DNA from: Phoronis australis
Lineage: Eukaryota > Animalia > Phoronida
NCBI GenBank assembly: GCA_002633005.1
Contig: NMRA01000007.1
Span: 1,846,569 to 1,910,568 of the forward strand
Reading direction: 5' to 3'
DNA: 64,000 bases
The notes beneath the pieces are model-generated. The model did not search any database and was not told where the DNA came from. It saw nothing but the letters and a program-made list of their open reading frames with translations. Made by a program: the position numbers and the translations under genes. The first letter of the stretch is position 1. Every line of letters starts with the position of its first letter. Positions 26,401 to 38,377 of this stretch are shown here, piece after piece.

Positions 26401-26852
26401 CAAAAAGATAGGAGCTGTATGCATTTAAATTTTGTCATTGCTTCTAGATTTTAAGGAACTTGAGATCTATGGAAATATAAGTTTGGAATAGGTATATCTT
26501 AGATTAGAATGCATCTACACATATGTTATGACTGGTAACAATCATGAGACTGTGACAAGCCTGGGACTGGAAGACACTTTTGTCAAGATGTTAACAATTG
26601 TAATGCTGTTTGCATCTGAAGATATTGCATCTGGTTACATGTGAGGATAATCTGAGTGGATCTCACTAACATAATGCGACAGTGTTGGCTCAAGTTATGA
26701 CATTTGAGGAAGTCGGACTCTTAGACTTGTTAGTCTGTCTGTTAGTCCAGAGGAGCGGAAACCCGTCTTTGCAACAAAAACTTACAGCCCGTTTCTCGCT
26801 GAATTTCATCTATTTCTTCGTCTTGAAGTTGTATTGAAGCTTTAGAACCCAT
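17440..26852 (-). CDS. CHP1: Calcineurin B homologous protein (EF-hand, N-myristoylated), 7 coding exons
   Basis: Exons (-): 26852-26786, 21982-21910, 20813-20733, 19905-19784, 19032-18929, 18059-17979, 17493-17440 (TAA). Peptide: MGSKASIQLQDEEIDEIQRETGFSRNQIVRLYSRFTSLDKGNNGTLGREDFIRIPELAINPLGDRIVHAFF...[28 protein letters not shown]...SIADRTIAEADTDGDLAISFEEF...VEQKMSIRFLH. This is typical of CHP1. Confidence 0.96.
20926..21416. mobile_element. hAT-type non-autonomous element (MITE), copy 1, in CHP1 intron 2
   Basis: TIR CAGGCCTTCAT(G/C)CAG and a perfect 8-bp TSD TTGCCACT (20918-20925 and 21417-21424). Internal GGACGCCC subterminal repeats are present. Confidence 0.9.
23369..25137 (-). CDS. 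Nested intronless ORF: C2H2 zinc finger + conserved-looking 'HWR' module + degenerate TatD-like (amidohydrolase TIM-barrel) domain; probable alternative terminal exon of CHP1
   Basis: ~590 open codons. Motifs: CPAPGCTYSSRHIKSHVYKKH (24731-24793), NHPACLLHWRV, and TatD-like CLGEIGLDF, IHLVSFDG, AIPRNRLLLESNAPY and SSWNAKQLY. Acceptor TTCTTGGTTATCTTGTAG|GC starts the exon at 25137 (25826 in the duplicated copy). AATAAA lies at 23172-23167. Confidence 0.85.
24523..25899. repeat. 688-bp direct duplication either side of a single N (24523-25210 and 25212-25899); probable uncollapsed haplotypes (assembly artefact)
   Basis: The two copies are offset by 689 nt, meet exactly at the N at 25211, and differ by 7 substitutions with no indels. 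Confidence 0.85.
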
Positions 26853-27172
26853 GACATAAACTGTACGAAACAGCTATCAAAAGTTAAGAGCAAAAGTATC
26901 AAACCCAAAAAACACTGATCATTTCAGGATTTGACTTCGGAAATAGTTTCTCTTCATCTCGTAATTAATACACAGCCGAACTACAAAAAAATAATAAAAT
27001 AACCACAAAAATATTTTATGACAATAACATGCATTATAATATTTTTAAGAAACTGTTAATACATTGTATTTCAATAGTATTGCTTTATTAAACCAGATAT
27101 TTCAGTGGTTTTTTCGAAAAGGTGGTAAATGTCAGACAGTTAGTTCCGGTTCCGCAAATTGCAAGGGTAGGT
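26853..27172. promoter_or_regulatory. Probable bidirectional promoter shared by CHP1 (-) and NDUFAF1 (+)
   Basis: Head-to-head arrangement with ETS-like ACTTCGGAA (~26934) and TTCCGG (~27144) flanking an AT-rich core. A candidate non-coding NDUFAF1 exon-1 donor AGG|GTAGGT is at 27167. The NDUFAF1 ATG exon has an acceptor at 29312-29313. Confidence 0.55.
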
Positions 27173-27371
27173 TTTCAGGTTCTTGTGACAGTGTTGTGAA
27201 GTTTTTGCTTTGCCGCTCTAATTTTTTACTGTCAAGTTGAATTTACGGTGCTCATGAATTTTTCTAGTTCCGGGACCACGTTAGACAGCCAGCTAACTCA
27301 GTAGCTGTTTGAAGACTATCGTCAAAATACAGCTAGGTTCTGTCACCACTGCACTTGCACTGTCGTAGTCA

Positions 27372-28163
27372 TACCGTCAGAGGCCCTAAAGTCGTGAGTG
27401 CCCTTAAGTCGTGAACGATCTTATTTCCTCTTCTGCGCGGTACTGCGACATCTGGCGTTGAAGTTTCCAGCGTTCGTCTGCTTACGAACGTCAAACGAAT
27501 ACCGGGACGTGTTCGTATTCACAATATGATAACAAACAGTGAGTGAGCGGCTTCTTTTTTCAAATGTATATTTCACTAATTCACTTTTTTGGGCATTTTT
27601 GGGATATATTTTCGAAAATATTTATCGTTCAGATTTACTCAAACACGCGCTCCAGGGGTAGGTTGAACAATGTATCAAACTGTCCCAGGGTTGATCAAGT
27701 TTTGTAAGGCCAAAACAATAAAATACAAAGCGATAATTGATGCTGGGTTCTTAGCGTTTTACGTGAACAACCTCATTGAAAACGTCTGTGAAAATAAAAG
27801 TTGGGTGCAAAACTTATAACAATTTATTTCAATTGAAACTGAATTGATAAACAATGCAATGCATTTTTATGTCATCTAGAGTAACTGTACGCACTGTAGT
27901 TGACTTGTGAGGTCTTACTTCGTGTATTTCCGTCTAATTGAAACGGTCACGACTTTAGGGCCTCATTCAAAACGGCCGCCAATATCAGCGACCGTTTCAA
28001 AACTCTGCTTACGGAGACAAACAAGGATTAAGATTGTCAAAACACGTATATTTGTGAAGGCTGATATATGTCCATGACATCACATGAGCAGTTGCTAACG
28101 GACATTGGGTAGTATGACAATCGGCACTTATGCTTATATTCACGACTTTAGGTCACCGGTGTA
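27372..28163. mobile_element. Non-autonomous DNA transposon-like element with repeated CCTAAAGTCGTGA subterminal motifs
   Basis: Perfect 18-bp inverted repeat at 27380-27397 / 27947-27964, with further motif copies at ~27402 and ~28140. Both ends are TA-flanked. Confidence 0.6.
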
Positions 28164-29337
28164 TACTATAGGGAGGACAACGTTTTTTTAATTTTTTTTA
28201 CAATACCCATGTGTCATACATTTTTGAAAAGCCCTTGGTGTGAGAAATGAAATGGTGCAAAAATCAGAAAAATTGGATGAGCGGTTGACAAGAAAATGGC
28301 CGATGAAACGCGATGATTATGCGTAAAATATCTGCCTTTTTACATAATTTCGTAAAAAATTAAAGAATATACATGTGCTGCATATAAAAAGATTCGTCTC
28401 ANGCCCTCCCGATAACTTGTAAGCATGTTGAGTGAACATGGGATAATGGAGAATTGATCTTTGACGCGTTTGATTGGCTACCATTTTCGGATACTTTTGC
28501 AAATTTTCAGATTCGCCAAAGAAAGTTTCGGAACACACCATAACACATGATAAAACGTCACAAAACAGCGGTGTTTCTACTAATTCTTAAGCGATCAACT
28601 TACTAAAGTTTGTGGTGGAAAAACATGTTTGTTTTTTGCGTAAGATGTCCTTACTACATGTACCAAATATCCACTACAATATCCCCGATATCGCACCGTG
28701 GCACTGGTCGATCCCTTTGTTAGTGCACAAGCCGTCCGGACAGACAATGGTGACTTAGAAATGTGCGTCACGTTTTTTTTTATCGTATAAGACAGCAAAA
28801 GGGAAAATGACAACCCTATTAATCATCAAATGACGACCACGTCTTTACTTTCAGCAAAGTAGTTTTTGAGTTGCCAAGAAATTCTCAAATCCCTTTACTT
28901 GTTTCTGGGACTATGTGCGCGAAATGTGATTTTTCTTTCACACTTTGTTGCCAACGTAAAGTGGAGGCTTACTCCAGTACTTCAAGTGCGTGAACTCACG
29001 CCTGTGCACCACTCCAAAGCTGCACATCAAAAGAGAACAGCGACAGTCCTAAATGAAAGAGTACACCGGCATTTTTGGCTCTGTTAAGCATCTGGGTGCC
29101 AGTGGCTTGTTTTGAAAACAATTGCTAGCAACGTTTTGAACAGCAGTGTACAAAGTGAGGTATCTGAAAGTTTCGTATGAAACCTAAAAGTCATCTCTGA
29201 GATATGATGTTCCGAAGTTAGCCAAACGTGGACATCCGTAGGCTCCTACAGAACATTAAACTGTAATATTCTGTGTGGCATTACCTGATTGTATGTTATG
29301 GTTTCTTTTTCAGTGTTAGTGCCTTCAAGCTCCAGCT

Positions 29338-32300
29338 ATGTCTGTATTACAGAAACTACTAAAGCCGACACATGTCTGTCGGCTACTGACGCCTCCGTCT
29401 CGTCACAAACTTCCAGTGGCAACTGTAATGGGTGTATTTGAAGAAGACAAAAAATCGGGTTACGGCAAAGATCCACCTGGAATCAAAGAGTATCCGCGTA
29501 TGGTCAAAGAAGGTTTTTCAGAACTTGGAGCTGAACTTAACATGCTTAAGGATGAATGGAAAGAAAAGCTCATGTGTGACGCAATGTGGGCGGACAGAGA
29601 CTATCTCCATGGTGATTATCAGTTGCTATGGCAGATGAATAAAGAGGAGGACTTGGATCAGTGGATTGTCACCACTGATCAAGACCACAATGAGGGATTC
29701 AGTGACGCCACTTTAACACTTGGTAAAAATAACTTTGGGGTGTTCAGTGGCCATTTGTCAAGCAGGATGCCAAAAGATGGCGTTGTGGAGAGAAGCGGCT
29801 ACTGCAACATTAGGTCAAAACCAAAAAAGGTGATTCTCTCTCTGTGTTTCAAGCATTTCTAATTAGGTGCATTCTGGGTCACATATGTTTATTCTATGGT
29901 TACAGTGTTATACAAACCTCTAATCATTTTGTACATCTTAATATTCACACCAGTTATAAATATGAACTTTAATTAAAATGGTATATCTACCAGATCAGGC
30001 CTTTATGCAGCGTGCCTCCTAATATGGACCCCTGGGAAAGACACCCAATGTATTATTTGGAAGCCCACTGTCAATAGGAACCTTTCAAGTTTGGACACAC
30101 ACATTGTAATGATTACTAGGAAGCCTATAAAGACTCACATTGGTGGCTCTTCTTCAAAGCAGGAAGAAATATACAATGTATATACAAAGTATATACAATG
30201 TTGCTATGCTCACACTTGGTTGATAGCATTGTAAAAGTCGATCTACATATTTTTTTAGGAAAAATGCTCACTACAGAAAGATTTTTTGTAAACTTAGATG
30301 TAATACCCTTGGTCTATGCATTTTTTGTAAAAAATCTGTATGTTTGGGGGGATTGCTGGGGGTGGGGGGGTTATGCGTCGGAATCATGGATGCCCTGGAA
30401 TATTGGGAACCCCATTTTGGACACCCTATTTCCGAAATCCTGGATAAAGGCCTGTACCAGATGCTATCACTTAGCCTTCTGTGACTGCCCAAATAAAACA
30501 ACTTGATTCTATAGCTGCATAATGTAATATTTTTATCACTAGATGGTGACCCAATACTTGGACAATAGTAAACTACATCTGGAGTTCTCTCATACAGTGT
30601 GGAGTGAGCTTTAATGTAGTTGAATTTTCCAAAATTTATGCAATAAGATTACTAATTATTGGTGTGGATGATAAAATGTTCATTACAAAATGTGCGTGTA
30701 TGGAAGATTGTCAACTATTCTCATCTTGATCTCCTGACATTGAAATTGGGTCCAACGGTAGTCTGTTTCGTGTATTCACAACGCTAAAGGGTTTTCTGGT
30801 ATTTGCTATTGATCAATCTGTTTCTGGTCTCAATATAAAAACAAATGGTAAGCCCTTGGACATTCATTGCTATCATATTTTCAATGCTTACTGGTCAGAA
30901 GGTTTCATTTTACTTTTTGACGTCATCACTAGAAAATGACAGACTACCAAGGCAAATAGAACAATCAGTCACTTGAAGCATCAGAGCGTAATAAACGGTA
31001 ATAAGAGAAATTTGGTCCCAAATTGTTCCTTGCTTAGATTTAATGTGATATCCAGCCTTGGAAATAACAGTTTTGTTAGTGCTTGACCTAGCAGGACATT
31101 TTATCTTGGAAGTAGATCTATCTGCGATTCAATCTTTAACCAGACATGCATGCATACACAAGCTAGGACGTGTTCTTTGTTTGAAATGGTGTATGCCACA
31201 AAATAAAAAAGGGGGTGGAAACAATTGTGTGGGTCATGCCTCTGAATTCTAGGTACAATCCCCAAAATCCCAGTCCTGGACCAGAAACACCATAATCATA
31301 TCTCTAAATTCTACATGTGCATGGAAAAAAATTATGTACGTGGAGATCAAACTCCAATGTGGCAACCATGGTCCAGTTCTGGAGTTTGGACACCAGGAAT
31401 TGATTTTTAGGGTGCTGGTATGGAATTTGATCATAGTTTTGTTTGCTAGTGCAGGAAGTCCTTGGGTTTTGGGGTCAAAACTGTAATTTAGAAGCGTGGC
31501 TACAGAATTGATTTCAGCCCTTGTATATACGTTGAATTTCATCATTAGAGGTAGTATCGCTGAGACATTTCTTTAGACTCCTCGAATTTTAATTTTGTAA
31601 ATGTTTTCAGACTACCGTATGCGATTAGATATTAAAATTAAATGTGCAACTTTGTTGATTAGATCATTTCATTTCCTGCAAAGACATTTCTATTTGTACA
31701 ACAGTAGATCTTTTTCCCTTTCAGAAGTCTTTCAAGCGCCCCATACCTCATAACCTGTCCTGTTTTACTCACCTTCTCATCCGTTGCCGTGGTGATGGGC
31801 GGCAATACACCATAAGTCTGGGTCAGGATTCATACTTTGACCTCACATGGCACGACCAATTCAACTACGTTCTCTACACTAGAGGCGGCCCCTACTGGCA
31901 GCTAACAAAGGTGACCAACAGTGCTGAAAAGTGATGTTATTACGTATGGTGTTGATTTAGGTCAAGGATTGGAAAGGAATACTTCTTGTCACTGAAATGC
32001 CTTTATTAACATGGCTACTGAAGTAATGGCCACTCAAATTATTATCCTTTTTGCCTACAAATGGATGACTGAAAACATTTGTGATCTTGTTAAAGTTTCT
32101 CAGTGACTTACTTTGCTCAGACCAGAAAATTGGGGAAAACGTGTCCACTACTAGCCAAAAATAGAAAGACCAGTCTACCGGTACTGTTTATTTAAACACA
32201 AGCACAAAATATCTACTTTTACGTGAGTGTGCATTTTTCAAGTCAGGTTGCTGATTTGCTTGCAACTCACAACGCATGGCCAGATTTGACAAGTCATTTT

Positions 32301-33241
32301 AATGGAGCAGTAAGTTTGTGGCTTCTGCCAAAAATTTACGTTTGATTTAGGCCACTTGCCATCATGAAATCAGTCTCATAAAGTTCCTTACTGAGGTTAC
32401 AAATGTTTTCGGGGCTTGAGAAGAATTATTTGCTCATTACTGCTTCAGACAAAGGCCATGAAAGTGGTAATGGTAGGATATAACGTGCCCAAATTTTGAG
32501 AACAAGTTTTCTCCACTGGATAACGGGCATCAAATTGGTTCTCAAAATACGGGCACGTTGTATCCAACTATTACCCATGAAAGTACTACTAGCTTGTCAT
32601 GGCAGGTTAATGTCAGTTGCCATGACAGTATGGCCGTCGGGGATTTTAGGCAATATGTTATAACCATTTTCTATTCAAACGATGGGTAAGAATGAGACAG
32701 TGTTGCTTTGAAAGAATGGTTACACTTGGGAAGAAAGTTGTTTTTGACATTAAAACCGGATTTATTGTGGCTTTAAGCCAGTGTATCCAAAAATTCAGTT
32801 CAAAAACACAGATTTTGTGAAAATTGGTTGCCTGAGTGTTGACGTGTTATTTCTGGGTTTGGAAACTACTGATAAATCATGGTGTTGATCGGATGGTGTT
32901 ATATGCGCCAAAAGTAATATGATTCACATCTCAATAGAAATAGGCTAGTTCCATGCCCAAACACTAGGTGGTGTTACTGGTTGCTTAGAAGCTGTAATGG
33001 TGTCTTGCTTTTCCAGATACCATTCTCCAAGTTTTTCCTCTCAGCCAAGGGTCGGATACAGGATAAACAGGAAAGTGTGCTGTTAGATAGGGTAACAACT
33101 CTTGGATTGACATGTGCCGATCAAATCGATGGACCTTTTGAGCTGGAGATTGACTTCATTGGTGTTCAAGTGGACAAGAATTATCGAGAAGAATTTGCAT
33201 ACGAGATGTATGAAGTACCCAGACATCTTATTGGAACATAA
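29338..33241 (+). CDS. NDUFAF1: Complex I intermediate-associated protein 30 (CIA30), 3 coding exons
   Basis: Exons 29338-29829, 31725-31910 and 33017-33241 (TAA). Motifs: [49 protein letters not shown]...[27 protein letters not shown]. Confidence 0.96.
29996..30454. mobile_element. hAT-type MITE, copy 2, in an NDUFAF1 intron
   Basis: Same family as 20926-21416. TIR CAGGCCTTTAT(G/C)CAG and a perfect 8-bp TSD TACCAGAT (29988-29995 and 30455-30462). Confidence 0.9.
32466..32575. mobile_element. 110-bp palindromic MITE, copy 2
   Basis: Reverse-complement match to 10303-10412, with termini GGTAATGGTAGGATA / TATCCAACTATTACC. Confidence 0.75.
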
Positions 33242-36200
33242 CATTCACTTAAATGTTGTTCTGCACATGGTGAAAAAATACTTTAAAATGTATTTCTCAA
33301 CCTCATGCGTTTGAAGGGATTGTTTTTGAAATTCAATTCGTTTTGACAATTTTCAACTTGTCTGTCAAAGTTAATGTAGGTTCAGATTTGGAATACTCAG
33401 AAAACTGTCAAAGAATAGTTTACTCTTTATTTATTTCATTCAGGTTTAATTTTAATTAAAACAGTTTTAAAAGATTACGCAAATTGTGAGTTAAATGAAG
33501 TGTATGTGGACTACGGTCAATAAGTAAATTTGTTTTATTACAGACTTGTTCCAAAATTATTCATTTCTCATTTTAATGATGAACAATGAGATGATTTGTC
33601 AGCATCCCCCCCGGAGACTCACCAAAGAGGTAGACGGCACATGCAACTCAGAGGGGTCATTTTTTTGTGACCAATTTCCTCACAAAAGGGTGCCTTTAAT
33701 CTCCTATTCTTTCTCCAACAAATCGCTTCAATTTGGGAGTTAGAAAGAAACTATAATTCCTCTTACCAACTGCAAAAATCCGCATACAGGTTTTTAAAAT
33801 AATCTAGTTTTTGGCTACAACATATAACTGAAGCATTTGTTTGGAGTTCAATCACATTCTACAAACAAAATTACTAGGGAGTAAATCAAAGTTAAGTTTC
33901 TTACCCCCCGCACCACCAACTGTCAAACTTGGGAGTGACTCAAAATATTTTGTTTGATATTTGAAAGAAAATTCAGTTGCAAATGTGACATAGACTATTT
34001 GTTGCAAAAAATAAATGTCTTGATAATGAAAGCAGACAAGCAATCTACCAGAGCAGTGACAGTATGGCAAGGGGGCTCAAGCAATATTTTATATACGGGT
34101 GGCCTATTTCTGCCAGCATCTCCCAGGACAAGCATGAATCAAGAAGTTAATTTTTTTTGTTTGTTTAGTGTACACCGAAAATTACGTCTTCCCTTTGGTG
34201 TTCAGTTTGTCATTATTAAATGTGAGATACTCCAGTGATGCATACGTGTTGTTAACTTAAGACAAGGGAATGCACATACCTAGATATAATTCTTTCGAGA
34301 GGTCTCGGCTATCAATGTTTTTGAGGTACAAGATTTTTAGAGTTGGTAATACAATGACAACTTCGCAATTTTCAACCAGTTTCATTTTTCGCAACATTGT
34401 ATATAAATAATTAAAGGCTAAGAGCATAAAAAGGTTAAAACAGTCAAAACTCAGCATTAATCAGTTAAGAATTGTGACTTGCCTTCTTCATGGTGAAAAT
34501 TGCCTGAAAATTTTTAGGAAGATGCATGTCCGGATTTGGGAGATCAAGTCTAGCGCCAGGATATGGGAAGACAGAAAAGAGACAATATTGTGACAATATG
34601 CATCCACATGTGGGTACATACCGTAAAAACGCAGCAAAAATAGCTAAGAATCTAATTTTAATAAAGTCCTCTGTCTGATATACACAATACACAGTGTTTA
34701 ATTGACAAAGTATCACAGCCTCGTCACGATATAAAGTTCAGACAAATAAATAATCAAGAATATATTGACAAATTTCACCTGAAACTCATAACATGGGCAT
34801 CATGCTGACATGCTGAGTTCTGTATAATATACAGCATGGCCCAATCCATAAGTTGGACATCCCAGGATGATTTCTGCTTAAACTATGATGAAACTGCAAA
34901 TTATAAGATTCTAAGTTTTCAACACCCACAAATTCAGTCTCTAAATAGGGTATTACGATACACATCAAAACTGTACAATACAGAAATTTAGAGATTCTAA
35001 CAATTATGTTCTGATCAAGAAATAATACACAGCATACGATGAACATTCAAGAATCTAATGCCAAAAAAGAAATGAAGACATAAAGCTTATAAAGAAGATT
35101 TATGAATCTGTAAGACGCCTTTGTTCCGGCCCTGCATATTCACAGTTGAATCCTTGTGAAAACACGAGAGACCACAAAATTCAAGAGCAAAAAAATTATT
35201 TGAAATCCAGAAGCATTTTGATGTCATGTTGTGATAGCTACAAGATGGCACTTTCAGTTGAGAGTTGATCAGGAAAGGGTTGCCATCAGAGTATCGTCAA
35301 ATGTATATTAGACTGGCAAAAAGATAGTGGCCTGCTTTCTTGCAACTGGTTCCATGTGAAGACCATGTGACATTGGATAATTCTGACATGTCAGTCGAGC
35401 CATTAATTCCAGTCAATCACGGCGCTGTAACACTGCCATTGACCTCTATTTTGGCTCAATAACGATTGTTGCTAACCGAAAGCAGAAAGTTGGTCTTTCA
35501 ATAATTAAGCCTACAACATTTACAGAGCAGATCAATGACTCAGAGAGAATAAATTAGGAAAGTTTTTATGGATATAAGAGCACGTGGCAGACCTCATGAT
35601 CATCTGAATACACGGCCACTAAAACACATCTGACTGAACAAGCAAAAAGTGAAATATATTTACTTTCCTGGCATGTCACAAATGTTTTACTTTCTTTACT
35701 GATACCAGATGAGAATCGGGCTAACAATTAAATACCTTGAACACGCGTTGGCAACACATCTGACTTTTGGAAATGTGTTTTCCCAAGCCAACACCAGACC
35801 ACCAAAGGTCAACCAACAAAACTTTAATCATGTGAGTGCTATGGAATAGCTTACCAGCGTATCCGATTGTGTCACTGAACTAACATGCAGTGCAAGATGG
35901 TTATAGAAGCTGTTTGTACCAATCTCACATCTGAATGGAGTTCAATTATTAATTTGTGAATGGGCTCATCAACTTCAAATTTCTCACCAGTGCCCTTTGT
36001 GATTGTGTGGCTCCATGGCAGTAATGGTTTCAGGGAAATATTTGGAACACATCAAAAAGAAGCTGCTACTGTAGTACACGTGCGGGGGATTTTCACCATA
36101 TCTGCTTTGTGGCAGTCAGACTTAGCAACGGTAATTATGGTAGGTGTGGCCTAACTGCCTTTATCGGAACTATCCAACATAGTAAAGTCTTTTCCATTGC

Positions 36201-38377
36201 CTTCTAAGAAAACTTATGAAAACAAAATACACATATGTACCTTTAAAACAAGGTCAAAAATGGTTCGTTCTAAAATTGTCTCTAATTATAAACATATTCA
36301 CCAACAGCCTTGTTCCTCGTAGCCATGAGCACCCAGTAGCAACTTTTCACCAAGTACAATCACATTATGTACAAAAATATTTCTTTATAAAATGCATGGA
36401 CTGAAATAACCTTTTACACACTATCCAAAGATATTCATGAGACACAACAAAGCTTTCTAACTGGGAAGCAGACACGAACCCCTGGATACATTCACAATTT
36501 ATGTTAATGGAAGATGCCTGTTATACAAATGACCTTCTTAAACTAAGAGCAAGAAATTGCCTGCTGTGTAGCAAATGTCTCCTCCAAGGATCAGCGCAGA
36601 CAGAGTGCTATAAGCCAAGCTGACTGCCTCAACTGAGCATTAGCCGAGCTGACAGCTCATATCAAAGCACGAAAATGTGACAATTGAATGAACTACAAGC
36701 AGTCGCAAGCTTATTCAATTGTTTTCGCCTTGACAGGAACTGTCAGCTCAGATATTTATTCACAAACAGTTCAGCTTGTGGCTGGCCTTACAGGATACAA
36801 AGCCAAAAGAAGCATAGTTGGTTCCAGTCTGTTTTTTATAAAATCGAGATGGTGGTGCAGTATTTTCTTAGTTGTTCACTTTTTCATAAAAAAAACAAAG
36901 TCCATCCGAGACAAGCAAAATGATGCGGGAATTGATTTGTTTACTCATTGCATGGTAAATAATGCCTTATCCTTGTTTATGTACCTTTATGCAGCTTTTC
37001 AAAAACAGCAAGAGACCTTGGCTGAAACTGATGTGGCAGGTATTTTTTTCGTCGGTGATGGTGAGAGCAGGTCTCAAAATGCGTCGGGTATATACCAGAA
37101 CCAGCTATGCTTTTTTGTCCAAATGTCCCCCACAGCAATGAACATTAACACGTTAAGATGTGTTATGCGCAAACAATAGTTCGCTGGTGGGAAACTAAAC
37201 CAAGTGACAAAGAGTTACCTGCTGTGCAGATGCAGGTTACAGCAATGAATTTTAAACATGGTGGGAAATCACCCTTGAAGAAGCACCCCAAGGTTGACCA
37301 AGCATGTATAATATTAGTGAACACTGAATTAAGTCCTTGTTTTTTCCTGAGTAAGAGTTGTCTGCAGCAGTTAATCAAGCTTAGTTGTTTAGATTTAGTA
37401 AAGGAAATCATCTTGCTGCCTGGCAGATGTACCGTGACATCCAACATTTCTGAACCGATGAATAGAGAGCTAGAGATTCAAGATTTTACAATAAATTGAA
37501 CAGTAATTTTGGACTTGCACATAATTCAAGGTATCACCCCTTCCATGCAGTCCAATGACATGAAAATCATACAAACATGAACTTGTTCACAGAGATGCGG
37601 TTTGACACAAAAGAAATTCATATTGCTGTCTTTGTTTTTGAACTTCAAAACAAAGTGAAAACTAACTTCAGCTCGATGGCACAGATGATACTGAATCCTA
37701 GTCATAACAATAATACTTAACCAGAGTTCTGGGAACAGATATCCTGGTAAAATGTATACATTTGATACAAATTCTTAACATTATATTGTTTAGGAAATAT
37801 GACTAATGCTTTGAGACCTTCCGTTTCACATCATGGCGTGTGTCAAAAAACTTTTAATTTTCTGAAAGCCCAAAAATGGAGTTGTGAAATCAGGCAAATT
37901 AACACTTCTGGTTTTCCATGGTTATATTATATTTTGAATGGGTAACAAACCATTTCATTCTTATTTTATCTTATCTTGAATTTGGTCATTTTTGACCTGC
38001 CGATGTAACTCTCAAGATAACATTAATATCAGTACCTTAAACCACGTTGTCTTGAAGACCCAGAAAGTACAGGTCAGATATTTTCTGCAAGATACAAACT
38101 GACAAAGGAAGACGTAGGTACCACCCAAATACCCAAGCAAATATATAATGAACATAGCTTACAGTTACCTTCAAGTTTTTCCTTCTTGTAATATAACCAT
38201 AGATGTAAAAAGCAAATAGATTATTGACTTCACATTCTCACACAATAAGAAGTGTCTCATAACACCTTTTACCAGGATATCGCCCATATGTCTAATGTGT
38301 TTCATGTTGTTTGTTCTTCAGGACTCCTACATTACACTCATCAAACGTTGAGGAGAATTATACAGCCAAAACAGGAG

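Noticed and set aside
36688-37499. 163-aa and 113-aa plus-strand ORFs
   Set aside because: No recognisable motifs or supporting splice structure; probably chance ORFs.
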